A stretch of DNA of 64,000 nucleotides from Acidimicrobiales bacterium (GTDB taxonomy: Bacteria; Actinomycetota; Acidimicrobiia; Acidimicrobiales; SZUA-35), in contig CBDCGK010000004.1 in assembly GCA_965216675.1 (NCBI GenBank), positions 3,150,061 to 3,214,060 of the forward strand. Reading direction: 5' to 3'. The position numbers and the translations under genes are program-made. A model generated the notes under the pieces. That model was given only the letters and a program-made list of their open reading frames with translations. It made no database searches and was not told the DNA's origin. Position 1 is the stretch's first letter. The number at the start of each line of letters is the position of its first letter. Of this stretch, positions 17,440 to 26,971 are shown piece by piece.

Positions 17440-18612
17440 GTGAACGACATCCGATCGGTGCTGATCTACAGCACGTACTTCGTCCTCACCGTCTCACTCG
17501 GCGTCGTGTTCGTGTTGCTCGAGGATCTGCAGTCGAGGCACGGACTCGCCGATTGGGAGATCGGGCTGATCGCCGGCACCGGGTTCGGTGCGGCACTGAT
17601 CGTGCAGACGATGCTGTCGCCGCTGGCCGATCGGGGGGTCAAGATACCGCTGGCCATCGCCGCATTGGGATCCGCCGTCGTGGGCCCGGTCGCTCTGGCC
17701 TACGGCTCGTCGACCCTGGTGTTGGCCGGTGGCCGGGGTCTGTCGGGTATCGGGCTCGGCCTGTTCGCGCTGCTGGCCCGCAAGGCGCTGATCGGACTCG
17801 ACGCCACCGGTGGTGGCGCCAAACTGGGGATGTTGCTGTCGGTCGCCGTGGCCGGCTTCATCTCCGGACCCTTCATCGGCTACCTGTTCGAACCGTGGGG
17901 ATTCGAGGCTCCGTTTCTCGCCGTCTCCATCGCCATCATGGTGGTAGGCGTGCCGGCGACCGTGGCCATCGTCCGGTCCGAGATCGCAGCGACACCGGTC
18001 GACTACAGCGTGCTCGGGGAACTCCTTCGACGACCTCGTGTTCAGGCCGCGGTGCTGGTGCAGTGCATCGTGTTGGGTTACGTCGGCGTCTTCGACGCCA
18101 TCGTCGACCGCTTCCTGACCGACCTTGGTGCCTCGACCGGGGATGTGGCCCGCGCCATCATGGTCGTCGGCTTCCCAATGCTGATCCTGCCTCGGATCGC
18201 CGGCAACAAGGCCGAAACCCTCGGCGGGACCAGCGTCATGCTGCCGGCCCTGTTGTGCCTGGTGCCGATCATGGTCGGCTACTCGCTGGTGCCAACGGCG
18301 CTGTGGTTCGCCGCCATCGGTTTCTTCCACGGGTCGGCCGAGTCGTTCGCCTCGATCAGCTCACAGGTGCTGGTGCTCGAGGTGACCGGTGCCGAGAAGG
18401 CCGCGGTGGGAACCGGCTTGCTCGACGCGGCGGGCTTGATCTCGGCTGCGGTGGCCGCCGGCCTGGCCCCGCTCGTCTACGGCGCGACCGGCCGGGGGCT
18501 GTTCGTGATCACCGCGGGGATCGGCGCGGTGGTGGCCGCCGCTGCGCTGTGGCGGATCCGCTACGCCGCCGAACTCGACCGGGTCGCACCCGCTTCGGCC
18601 TCCCCGGTTTGA
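17440..18612 (+). CDS. MFS transporter
   Basis: 390 aa with ~12 hydrophobic helices and a GTG start. The co-directional 414-aa ORF in the other frame is Arg-rich junk. Confidence 0.8.
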   Translation: MNDIRSVLIYSTYFVLTVSLGVVFVLLEDLQSRHGLADWEIGLIAGTGFGAALIVQTMLSPLADRGVKIPLAIAALGSAVVGPVALAYGSSTLVLAGGRGLSGIGLGLFALLARKALIGLDATGGGAKLGMLLSVAVAGFISGPFIGYLFEPWGFEAPFLAVSIAIMVVGVPATVAIVRSEIAATPVDYSVLGELLRRPRVQAAVLVQCIVLGYVGVFDAIVDRFLTDLGASTGDVARAIMVVGFPMLILPRIAGNKAETLGGTSVMLPALLCLVPIMVGYSLVPTALWFAAIGFFHGSAESFASISSQVLVLEVTGAEKAAVGTGLLDAAGLISAAVAAGLAPLVYGATGRGLFVITAGIGAVVAAAALWRIRYAAELDRVAPASASPV

Positions 18613-18648
18613 GTCCGACCTGACCGCACGGTCGCGGCACAGCCACGC

Positions 18649-18699
18649 CAACCGTGCCGGCCCCGGACCTCGTTTCCGGGGGCCGGGCTGGGCGCGGTT
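18649..18699. repeat. 51-nt direct repeat, copy A (contains hairpin CCCCGGA-N7-TCCGGGG)
   Basis: caaccgtgccggccccggacctcgtttccgggggccgggctgggcgcggtt. It aligns without gaps to 19729-19779. Confidence 0.75.
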
Positions 18700-18709
18700 G
18701 GGAGAGGCG

Positions 18710-19636
18710 TCAGCGGCAGCCAGGTCGAGCCGGAGCGAATCGTAGCGCCCGCACAGCATCAACGATCTCGCTCCAGCTGTTGGTGTACTGGTCCCAGGTG
18801 ACCCGCAGCGTTTGCCAGCCGTGGGCGGCGAGGCGCAGATCTCGTGAGCGGTCGGTCTGGAAGGCAGCAAGGTTGTGATGGTGCGCCACGCTGTCGAGTT
18901 CGAACGCCAGTCGATCAGTGACGTAGGCGGCGTCGACCTGCGCGATCAGTACGCCTTGCGGGTCGACCACTCGGTGTTCGAGAGACGGCCGGCCGAGGCC
19001 GTCCTCCTCGAGCTTGTCGGCGAACCAACGCCCCCATTCCGAGAGCGGGATCGTCGACTCGGCTCGGCGGGTGCGGAGTACCTCGGTGACGACTGAGGAA
19101 CCGGCGCGGCCGCGTTTGCTGAATCGCTCGAGCGCCTTGACGACCCTCTCGGATGTGGTGAGCCGGCGGCGCAGCGCTTCGTCGAGCAGTGCGTGCACCC
19201 CGGCTGGCGTCGTGCTCGCCGACATCGTGGCCACCGCCGATTCGACGGTCGGTACCGTGATCCCGCGACGATGGACGAGGGCCACGTGGTTGAGCGAGCG
19301 GGGTCGAATCACCTCGACGGTGACACAGGTCCGGCTCCCGGTCACCGCCACGACGGGCCGTGGCGGGTGAGGAGCGAGCTGCCACCACCCGATCGCCGAA
19401 GCGGCCCAGGGCACCCCTCCGAGCACTACACAGGAGGCGGCGAGCTGTGCCTCCGGGTCGTCCGCCGCCGAGGCGAGGAGGTAGGCACCGGGCGTCGGGG
19501 CTGGTATCCATTGTTGACGCTCGACCCGCCGCTTGACCTGTCGGGCGGTCATGCCGGCGTCGAGCGCTCGTCGTCTGAGGATGACACCGTGCTGGCGAAC
19601 AGCAGCTCGCTCGACGCGTTCCCGAGGTGATGACAT
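18710..19636 (-). CDS. DUF559 (Vsr-like endonuclease fold) protein with AbiEi_4-like N-terminal wHTH domain
   Basis: N-terminal part RQHGVILRRRALDAGMTARQVKRRVERQQWIPAPTPGAYLL. C-terminal part AYVTDRLAFELDSVAHHH...DRSRDLRLAAHGWQTLRVTWDQ. Start taken at MSSPRE (19636); the ORF track start is 19690. Confidence 0.7.
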   Translation of the reverse strand: MSSPRERVERAAVRQHGVILRRRALDAGMTARQVKRRVERQQWIPAPTPGAYLLASAADDPEAQLAASCVVLGGVPWAASAIGWWQLAPHPPRPVVAVTGSRTCVTVEVIRPRSLNHVALVHRRGITVPTVESAVATMSASTTPAGVHALLDEALRRRLTTSERVVKALERFSKRGRAGSSVVTEVLRTRRAESTIPLSEWGRWFADKLEEDGLGRPSLEHRVVDPQGVLIAQVDAAYVTDRLAFELDSVAHHHNLAAFQTDRSRDLRLAAHGWQTLRVTWDQYTNSWSEIVDAVRALRFAPARPGCR

Positions 19637-19728
19637 GGCGACTCCAACGTCGCTTGGCTGTACGAGGGAGCATCGGCTGCCGAGGTCCAAACTCTACGGG
19701 ACGGCCGTTTCGATCACACGTCGAGCGT

Positions 19729-19779
19729 CAACTGTGCCGGCCCCGGACCCCGTTTCCGGGGCCCCGCCCCGGCGCGGTT
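19729..19779. repeat. 51-nt direct repeat, copy B (hairpin GGCCCCGGA-N7-TCCGGGGCC)
   Basis: caactgtgccggccccggaccccgtttccggggccccgccccggcgcggtt. Roughly 43 of 51 positions are identical to copy A. Confidence 0.75.
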
Positions 19780-19833
19780 CAGCTGACAAGAGGCGCCCGG
19801 CGGACCGGGGAAGGCAATGGAGTATGAGGGCGA

Positions 19834-20805
19834 CTAGGAGAAGGCGGAGGAACGGCCGGTGGCTCGTCGCTGCATCCAGTCGCCGACCTGGTTCAACGCC
19901 AACACGGTCAACGTCAATGCCAGAGCAGGCCACAGCGCGGGCATGATCGTGACCCGGATGTCGGCCCGGGCCTCGTTGATCATGTTGCCCCACGACGCCT
20001 GCGGCGGTGGCACGCTCAGGCCGAGGAACGACAGTGATCCCTCGATCACGATGATGGCGGCTGCCGCGACGAGCGCATAGGCCATGAGCGTCGGCAGGAC
20101 GTTGGGGATGACCTCCCGGAACAGGATGGTCATCGGCCTCGTGCCGATGGCCCGGGCCGCGGTCACGAACTCCCGCTGTGACACCGCCAGCGAGGTGGCC
20201 CGAGCCACCCGGGTGTAGGGCGGAATCGACAGGAGGGCGATGACGAGGGCGATGACGGCAAGACTGCGGTTCTCCCACACCGACACGATGGCGAGCAACA
20301 GGACCAGCGCCGGGAAGGCCAGGATCACGTCGATCATGGCCATGATGACGGTTCCCCGCTTGCCCTTGACGTAGCCGGCATAGGAACCGAGAAGACCGCC
20401 GACGATGATGCCGGCCATCACCGCCGCCAGCGCCACGGTCAGCGACACCCACCCGCCGTGCAGGATCCGGGCGAAGATGTCGCGGCTCAGGTTGTCGGTG
20501 CCGAGGATGTTGGATCCACTCGGAGAATCCAGCCGGCTGGCCGTTCCGAACAGCGAACCCTGATAGAACGGGTCGGCCAGCGGCAGGGCCTGACCGAGCA
20601 GACTGTCGAGTTTGGCGTAGATGGCTCCACCGAAGATGAAGATCAGCCACACCGTCGAGATCTTGACCACAACCGGCATCGAGGCGAACGTGGCTTTGGC
20701 CCGGTCCCAGCGGGATTCGAGCGTGGCGATTTCGAGGGCTTCGACCTCGGCGTGATCTTCGGAGGGATCGACCGGTGGGGGAACCTTTTCGGTTCGAGCG
20801 TGCAT
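19834..20805 (-). CDS. peptide/nickel ABC transporter permease (DppC/OppC-like)
   Basis: TM-rich, with an OppC-type N-terminal region and the EAA loop REFVTAARAIGTRPMTILFREVIPNVLP. Confidence 0.85.
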   Translation of the reverse strand: MHARTEKVPPPVDPSEDHAEVEALEIATLESRWDRAKATFASMPVVVKISTVWLIFIFGGAIYAKLDSLLGQALPLADPFYQGSLFGTASRLDSPSGSNILGTDNLSRDIFARILHGGWVSLTVALAAVMAGIIVGGLLGSYAGYVKGKRGTVIMAMIDVILAFPALVLLLAIVSVWENRSLAVIALVIALLSIPPYTRVARATSLAVSQREFVTAARAIGTRPMTILFREVIPNVLPTLMAYALVAAAAIIVIEGSLSFLGLSVPPPQASWGNMINEARADIRVTIMPALWPALALTLTVLALNQVGDWMQRRATGRSSAFS

Positions 20806-20807
20806 CG

Positions 20808-21761
20808 TCAGCCCCTCCGGATCCGGGGATCGAGAATGAGGTACAGCAGGTCGACCACGGTGTTGATGACCACATAGGCGGTGGCGATGAACAACGTCAG
20901 ACCCTGGATCACGATGAAGTCACGCTGGAAGATGGCGGTGATCATTCGCAGGCCGAGTCCGGGCAGTGCGAACAGCTGCTCGATGACCACCGTGCCGCCG
21001 AGGAGGGCACCGATGTTGATGCCGACGATCGTGACCAGGCTCAGCGAGCTCGGCCGCAGAGCATGGCGGAACAGCGTGTAGCGGTTGGTGAGCCCCTTGG
21101 CTCGGGCCGACAGCACGAAGTCTTCCTTCAGGGTCTGGATCATGTCGGACCGGATCAACCGGGAGAAGAAGGCCATCTGGCCGAGCGCCAGCGCCGAGGC
21201 GGGAAGAATCGCAGTGCGGAGGTTGGCGATCAGCCCGTCCTCGCTGATCCGGTTCCACCCGGTCGACGGCAACAGGTTGGTCTTCACCGACAGCAGCCAG
21301 ATCAGGAACAGGCCGGCGATGAAGTTGGGGATCGACAGCGCCACCTGGACGGCCCCCGAGGAAATCTGATCGGCTTTCTGGCCTTCCTTGTAGGCGCCCA
21401 GGACCCCGATCGGCACGGCCAGGAACACCGCCAGCCCGACGGCCAGAACCGCCAGCTCCGCGGTCACGGGAATGCGGTCCTTGATGATGTCGATGACGGC
21501 CTGGTCGTTGACCAGCGAGCGGCCGAGATCACCTTGCAGGACGTCGCCCAGCCAGTTGGCATAGCGGATGGGGAGGGGATCGTCGAGGCCGAGTTCGAGA
21601 CGGAGCGCTTCGACGAACGCCTCATCACGAGGCGCGGTCGGCGGCAGGATGGCGTCGACCGGGTCGCCGGGCAGCAGCGCGGTCAACATGAACGTCATGA
21701 ATGAGACGGCCAACAATGTCGCAACCAATCTCGCCAATTTGAATGCGATGAACCTCGCCAA
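20808..21761 (-). CDS. peptide/nickel ABC transporter permease (DppB/OppB-like)
   Basis: MARFIAFKLARLVATLLAVSFMTFMLTALLPGDPV, a typical DppB N-terminus, and the EAA loop EDFVLSARAKGLTNRYTLFRHALRPS. Confidence 0.88.
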   Translation of the reverse strand: MARFIAFKLARLVATLLAVSFMTFMLTALLPGDPVDAILPPTAPRDEAFVEALRLELGLDDPLPIRYANWLGDVLQGDLGRSLVNDQAVIDIIKDRIPVTAELAVLAVGLAVFLAVPIGVLGAYKEGQKADQISSGAVQVALSIPNFIAGLFLIWLLSVKTNLLPSTGWNRISEDGLIANLRTAILPASALALGQMAFFSRLIRSDMIQTLKEDFVLSARAKGLTNRYTLFRHALRPSSLSLVTIVGINIGALLGGTVVIEQLFALPGLGLRMITAIFQRDFIVIQGLTLFIATAYVVINTVVDLLYLILDPRIRRG

Positions 21762-21825
21762 TCTCTACTCCTCCTTCCGCTCTTCTCAACATCGGTTTGT
21801 GTGACCAAGCCCGGGGTGGCGGGCG

Positions 21826-21858
21826 GTGAATGACGGGCCGTGTTGGCCCGTCATTCAC
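21826..21858. other. intercistronic stem-loop (14-bp perfect stem, 5-nt loop) between the SBP and permease genes
   Basis: gtgaatgacgggcc-gtgtt-ggcccgtcattcac. Confidence 0.7.
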
Positions 21859-21888
21859 GGCGAGCCCGTCACCCCGGGCGAACAAGCA

Positions 21889-23712
21889 TCAACCGAGATC
21901 CGTCCTCCACACCTCGGCCCAACGACCCTCGGCGTTCGGGAAGCCGACCCCCAATCCACCATCGGGCGTGTGCCAGCCGTTGAGGCCCTGGACCTCGGGA
22001 ATGGTGGCGATCATCGTCGCCGTGTGACCCGAGTAGTACATGGGCAGTTCCTCGGCCACCTTCAACATGATCGACTCGTACAGCGCCTTGCGCTCCTCGA
22101 AGTTGTCGGTGCGGATGGCGCCGATGGAGGCGGCGAACGCATCGCCGTCGAACCAGTTGGCGAGGTTCAGCGGCGACACCACACCGGGAACGCCGGCGGC
22201 CTCGGCCACTGCGGGAGAAGGCGGCGCGATCGCCGGTCCGATCTCGAGGGACGGATCCTGCTGCGAGCTCCAGCGCCAGCAGTGGATGCCGTGCTCGCCC
22301 ACGAAGTCGGGAGGCGTGCCGACCGCGGTGTTGATGTGGGTCTGCTGGTCGAAGTTCGTCAGTTCGACGTTGACGAGACCGGAGCTGGTCCAGAGCTGCT
22401 CCGACACCGCCATCGCGGCGATCAGACTCGGATCGGGTGGGCACGACAACTCGACGTCGATCGGCTCGCCGGCCGCCTTGCCGTCGGAACGCTCGGGATC
22501 GTCGATGTACTCCTGCAGGATGGCCTTGCCGCCCTCGAAGTCGAATTCGGGGTAGGCGTCGGCCACGGCCTGGGAGAACCAGGGGCTGTCCGGGGCGAAG
22601 AACTGGGTGCCGGGCAACGAGATGCCGGCTCCGCCGAGTGCCTCGATGGTGGCCTCCTGATTCGACATCGTGATGAGACCGCGGCGGACCCGCACGTCGT
22701 CGTAGGGTGGGACGGCGGTGTTGAACATGCCACCGCCGGCGTTGTTGCCCTGGAACTCGTAGAGCACGATTCCGTCGGCGGCGCGGGCGTCACGAATCGT
22801 GCTCTGGCGCAGCGACTGCATGGCGTCGACGGTGCCGGAGAGCAGCGAGTCGAGGCGGGTACCCTCATCGGGAATCGGGCGGAAGACCACCGAGTCCAGG
22901 TAGGGAAGCTGGTTGCCGTCGGGATCGCTCAGCCAGTAGTCGGGATTGCGGACCATCACGGTCTCGTTGTCGAGATCACGGTTCTCCACGGAGAACGGTC
23001 CGGTCCCGATGGGGGCCAGCGAGAAGCCGTCGGGATCGGCTGCTGCTGCCGCCGGTTCGAACACCATGCCCAGCGGAGCCCGGGTCAGGTACGACGGGAA
23101 TGCCGAGTTCGGCTGGCCGAGGGTGTAGGTGACGGTCAGCGCATCGGCGGCCTCGACCGACTGGAGACCCGAGGTGGTGAGGTGGCTGGTGGCCGCGGCG
23201 CCGGTCTGCTGAATGGGGAACATGTCGGCGATGGTTTGGGCCGTCAAGACCTCACCATTGTGGAAGACGACACCTTCGCGTAGCTTGACCGTCCAGACCG
23301 TGAAGTCCTCGTTCGACTCGAACGATTCGGCCAGCCAGGGCACCCACTGCTCATCGGGATCCTGCTCCAGCAGCTTGTCGTAGACCGAGGCCATCATGTT
23401 GTAGCAGGGTGAGGAGCAGGTGTCCTCCCACGGCCTCAATCCGACGGCTTCGGCTTCGAGGCCGACGGTCACGGTGCCGCCGTATTCACGCTCGGATTCG
23501 GTGTCCTCGACGATCTCGGTGTCGACGTCACCTTCGGCGACGTCACCGGCTTCGACGTCACCCGAGTCGTCGGATTCCTCGGCCGCCGATTCGTCGTCGG
23601 CTGCGGTGTCGCCGTCGTCGTCGGAGTCGCCGCCACAGGATGCCGCGACCAGGGCCAGGGCCAAGAGCAGGGCAAGGAGTCTCCCAAGCCCGAGTCTGTC
23701 TTTCAGTTTCAT
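21889..23712 (-). CDS. ABC transporter substrate-binding lipoprotein, family 5 (peptide/nickel type)
   Basis: MKLKDRLGLGRLLALLLALALVAASCGG lipobox, an acidic linker, then a family-5 SBP body. The longer ORF start (23943) overlaps the upstream ATPase gene. Confidence 0.88.
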   Translation of the reverse strand: MKLKDRLGLGRLLALLLALALVAASCGGDSDDDGDTAADDESAAEESDDSGDVEAGDVAEGDVDTEIVEDTESEREYGGTVTVGLEAEAVGLRPWEDTCSSPCYNMMASVYDKLLEQDPDEQWVPWLAESFESNEDFTVWTVKLREGVVFHNGEVLTAQTIADMFPIQQTGAAATSHLTTSGLQSVEAADALTVTYTLGQPNSAFPSYLTRAPLGMVFEPAAAAADPDGFSLAPIGTGPFSVENRDLDNETVMVRNPDYWLSDPDGNQLPYLDSVVFRPIPDEGTRLDSLLSGTVDAMQSLRQSTIRDARAADGIVLYEFQGNNAGGGMFNTAVPPYDDVRVRRGLITMSNQEATIEALGGAGISLPGTQFFAPDSPWFSQAVADAYPEFDFEGGKAILQEYIDDPERSDGKAAGEPIDVELSCPPDPSLIAAMAVSEQLWTSSGLVNVELTNFDQQTHINTAVGTPPDFVGEHGIHCWRWSSQQDPSLEIGPAIAPPSPAVAEAAGVPGVVSPLNLANWFDGDAFAASIGAIRTDNFEERKALYESIMLKVAEELPMYYSGHTATMIATIPEVQGLNGWHTPDGGLGVGFPNAEGRWAEVWRTDLG

Positions 23713-23734
23713 GATCTCCCCTTCTGAGTGATGG

Positions 23735-24778
23735 TTAGGATTCGTTGACTGGATGATGCAGCGCGACCGGGTTCGGCTGGGCCAGGACCTGGTCGACGTG
23801 GTGGCAGGCGACGAAGTGGTCGTCGCCGATGGATCGCATCTGCGGCTCCTCCGAGGTGCAGATGTCGGTGGCCAGTGGACATCGGGTCCGGAACCGGCAG
23901 CCGCTCGGCGGGTTGATCGGCGACGGCAGCTCCTCCTCGGCAACGAGGTCGGTGTCGAGCGGGGCCAGCGGATCGGGCACCGGAATCGACTCGAGGAGCA
24001 GCCGGGTGTAGGGGTGGGCCGGTCGGGTGTAGAGCTGGTCGGACTCCGACACCTCGCAGATCTTGCCGAGGTACATGACCGCGACTCGATCGCTGATGTT
24101 CTTGACCACCGCCAGATCGTGGGCGATGAACACGAGCGTCAGCCCGTATCGGTCCTTCAAGGACTCCAACATGTTCAGGATCTGGGCCTGCACGGAGACG
24201 TCGAGCGCTGACACGGGCTCGTCGCAGATGATCAACTTCGGCTCCATCACCAGTGCCCGGGCGATCGAGATCCGCTGACATTGGCCGCCGGAGAACTGGT
24301 GGGCCCGCTTGTGTCGGGCGCTGTCCGCGTCGATGCCGACGGCCTCGAGCAGTTCGCTGACCAGCGCCCACTGCTCGTCGGGGTCCTTCGGCCCCCAGAC
24401 CCGTAGCGGTTCGGCCACCACCTCACCGACCTCACGGCGAGGGTTGAGCGATGAGACCGGATCCTGGAAGATCATCTGCACGTCGGTGCGGCGCTGTCGC
24501 ATGTCCTCCGGGGGGAGGGCGGTGAGGTCCACGCCGTCGAGGGCGACGGCGCCCGACGTCGGACGGGGCAGCTGCAGGATGGCCCGGCCGGTCGACGACT
24601 TGCCGCATCCCGATTCGCCGACCAGGCCCAGGGTCTCGCCCTCGGCGATGTCGAGGCTGATGCCGCTGACGGCGTGCACGACCTGACCGCCTTTGGTCGG
24701 GAACTCGACGACGAGGTCCTCGATCCGCAGCAGCACGTCGTCTGCCGGACGGAGGTGGGCCTTCCCGGTGCCGGCCAT
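23735..24778 (-). CDS. ABC transporter ATP-binding protein (DppF/OppF-like)
   Basis: Walker A GESGCGKSS, signature FSGGQCQR, Walker B LIICDEPVSALD, and a C-terminal oligopeptide-type HPYTRLL domain. Confidence 0.9.
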   Translation of the reverse strand: MAGTGKAHLRPADDVLLRIEDLVVEFPTKGGQVVHAVSGISLDIAEGETLGLVGESGCGKSSTGRAILQLPRPTSGAVALDGVDLTALPPEDMRQRRTDVQMIFQDPVSSLNPRREVGEVVAEPLRVWGPKDPDEQWALVSELLEAVGIDADSARHKRAHQFSGGQCQRISIARALVMEPKLIICDEPVSALDVSVQAQILNMLESLKDRYGLTLVFIAHDLAVVKNISDRVAVMYLGKICEVSESDQLYTRPAHPYTRLLLESIPVPDPLAPLDTDLVAEEELPSPINPPSGCRFRTRCPLATDICTSEEPQMRSIGDDHFVACHHVDQVLAQPNPVALHHPVNES

Positions 24779-25920
24779 CAGTCGACCACCGCCCCGATCT
24801 CGGATTCGACCTCGGCCTCGAGGGCGGCCGCGGTCGTGGCCGCATCGTCGGTCTCCTCGGTGGCGTCGATCTCGCCGGCAGCGGCCAGCGTCTGGGTCAC
24901 CCCGTGGGCCAGGTTCTCCTGCCAGGCGTGTTTCGCCTCGTCACTGCCCACCGGGTACCAGCAGGCGAAGCTGTGGCCGCCGGTGGGGGCCGGCATCAGC
25001 GGCGGTTCCTCCTCCAGGCACCGAGGTTGCACGTAGGGGCAGCGGGGGGAGAACTTGCAGCCCAGCGGCGGGTTGATGAGGTCGGGAGGCCGCCCGACGA
25101 TGGCGCTCAACCGGGTGTGTTTCGGCTGGTCGATCTTGGGGATGGCCCGCAGCAGCGCCTCGGTGTAGGGGTGGCGGAGCGACTGGAAGAGCACCTGGGT
25201 CGGTGCCTTCTCCACGATCCGGCCGGCGTACATCACAGCGATGTCGTCGGTGCGCCCGGCGACCACGCCGAGGTCGTGGGTCACGAGCACCATCGTCATG
25301 TTCCGTTCCCGCTGCTGGTGGGCGAGCAGGTTGAGGATCTGGTGCTGGACGGTCACATCGAGCGCCGTCGTCGGCTCGTCGGCGAACAGCAGTTTGGGTG
25401 AGCAGGCCAGGGCGATGGCGATGCAGACCCGCTGCCGCATGCCGCCCGACAGCTCATGGGGATAGCTGTGGAAGCGGCGGTCGGCCTCGGGGATACGCAC
25501 GCTGCGCAGGAGGCCAATCGCTCGTTCCTTCGCTTCGCGTTTGCTCACGTCGAGGTGGTGCTCGACGTGTTCGGTGAGCTGTCGGCCGATGCGGACGACC
25601 GGGTTGAGCGACGTCATGGGGTTCTGGAAGACCATGGCGATCTCCTCACCCCAGATGTGGCGCATCTCGGCCGGGGGTTTGTCGAGCAGTTCCTCGCCTT
25701 GGTAACGGACCGACCCCGTGGTGGTGGCGTTGCCGCTGGTGTTGAGGCGCATGATCGAGCGCGACAGGACGGTTTTGCCGGATCCGGATTCGCCCACGAC
25801 CCCCAGGGTCCGACCTCGCGGAAGGCTCAGTGAGACCCCGTCGACAGCCTTGACAACGCCGACCCCGACGTCGAAATGGGTGCGCAGATCGTTGACCACG
25901 AGAAGGTCAGGCTCGGCCAT
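24778..25920 (-). CDS. ABC transporter ATP-binding protein (DppD/OppD-like) with acidic C-terminal tail
   Basis: Walker A GESGSGKT, signature LSGGMRQR, Walker [26 protein letters not shown] overlap with the next ATPase gene. Confidence 0.9.
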   Translation of the reverse strand: MAEPDLLVVNDLRTHFDVGVGVVKAVDGVSLSLPRGRTLGVVGESGSGKTVLSRSIMRLNTSGNATTTGSVRYQGEELLDKPPAEMRHIWGEEIAMVFQNPMTSLNPVVRIGRQLTEHVEHHLDVSKREAKERAIGLLRSVRIPEADRRFHSYPHELSGGMRQRVCIAIALACSPKLLFADEPTTALDVTVQHQILNLLAHQQRERNMTMVLVTHDLGVVAGRTDDIAVMYAGRIVEKAPTQVLFQSLRHPYTEALLRAIPKIDQPKHTRLSAIVGRPPDLINPPLGCKFSPRCPYVQPRCLEEEPPLMPAPTGGHSFACWYPVGSDEAKHAWQENLAHGVTQTLAAAGEIDATEETDDAATTAAALEAEVESEIGAVVD

Positions 25921-26069
25921 ATGGCTAACATGGGAACACATTGGTGTGACGGAGGTCAACTCGGTCGCAATCTTGCAATACAGGTCTCGATCCTTGCCGA
26001 CGCTCGCGTAGCGAGCGGGCGTTGTGAGACGGTTTTGCGTTCGGAACCGAGTGGTCGGAGGAGCATCAG

Positions 26070-26897
26070 ATGAGACTGGAGAACCAGGTTGCGGTGATCA
26101 CCGGCGGTGCCAACGGGATCGGTCGAGCCACAGCCATACGGTTCGCCGAGGAGGGCGCTGACGTCGTGATCGCCGACCTGTTGCCGGAGCCGGCGGCGGT
26201 GACGGTCGACGCCGTCGAGGCACTGGGCCGTCGGGCGATCAGCGTCGAGTTGGATGCGGCGAGTCGCGAGTCGAACGAGGCCATGGCCGAAGCGGCGATG
26301 GAGCGGTTCGGCCGGATCGACGTGGTGATGACGGCAGCCGGCATCAGCCACGGCGGCTACCGGAGCGGCGACATCGAGGCCGACCGCAAGATGATGCTCG
26401 GGCAGCTCGATTTCATCGAACAGCCCGCCCTGGCCTTCTGCGCCATCGAACTCGACGATTGGCAGCGGGTCATCGACGTCAACCTCACCGGAACGTTCCT
26501 GGCCATGCAGTCCTGTGCCCGGCGGATGATCGATGGCGGAATCGAGGGCCGGTTCATCACCATCGCCTCGATCGCGGCCAAGCACCCCGATGCCGGCCCG
26601 GTCGCCTACACCGCGTCGAAGGCCGCGGTGTGGATGCTGACCAAGAAATCGGCCCGGGTGCTCGCCCCGGCCGGCATCCGGGTCAACGCCATCGGGCCGG
26701 GATTCATCGCCACCAACATGACCGCCATGATCGACGATTTCGCCGATCGCAAGGACGCGCTCATGGCTCAGATTCCCCTGGGCCGGATGGGCGAACCCCG
26801 TGACATCGCCAACGCCGCTCTGTTCCTGGCATCGGACGAGTCGAGCTACATGACCGGCGAGATCCTCCACCCCGACGGCGGGTTCTTCACCGAATAG
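26070..26897 (+). CDS. SDR family oxidoreductase
   Basis: VAVITGGANGIGRATA (TGxxxGxG) and YTASKAAV (YxxxK). Confidence 0.88.
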   Translation: MRLENQVAVITGGANGIGRATAIRFAEEGADVVIADLLPEPAAVTVDAVEALGRRAISVELDAASRESNEAMAEAAMERFGRIDVVMTAAGISHGGYRSGDIEADRKMMLGQLDFIEQPALAFCAIELDDWQRVIDVNLTGTFLAMQSCARRMIDGGIEGRFITIASIAAKHPDAGPVAYTASKAAVWMLTKKSARVLAPAGIRVNAIGPGFIATNMTAMIDDFADRKDALMAQIPLGRMGEPRDIANAALFLASDESSYMTGEILHPDGGFFTE

Positions 26898-26910
26898 GCG
26901 TTCGCCGCAC

Positions 26911-26957
26911 GTCTGGTAGCAAAAAGCGAGGTCAGACCTCGCTTTTTGCTACCAGAC
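26911..26957. repeat. 47-nt perfect palindrome, member 1 of a conserved palindromic element family; bidirectional intrinsic-terminator-like
   Basis: gtctggtagcaaaaagcgaggtc-a-gacctcgctttttgctaccagac. The inner GC stem is flanked by A5/T5 tracts, and the element lies between convergent genes. Confidence 0.8.
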
Positions 26958-26971
26958 TTCGAGGAGTGGTT

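Noticed and set aside
17379-18623. A 414-aa plus-strand ORF co-directional with the MFS gene but in another frame.
   Set aside because: Its translation is Arg/Gly-rich with no hydrophobic helices. The 17440..18612 frame gives a coherent 12-TM transporter.
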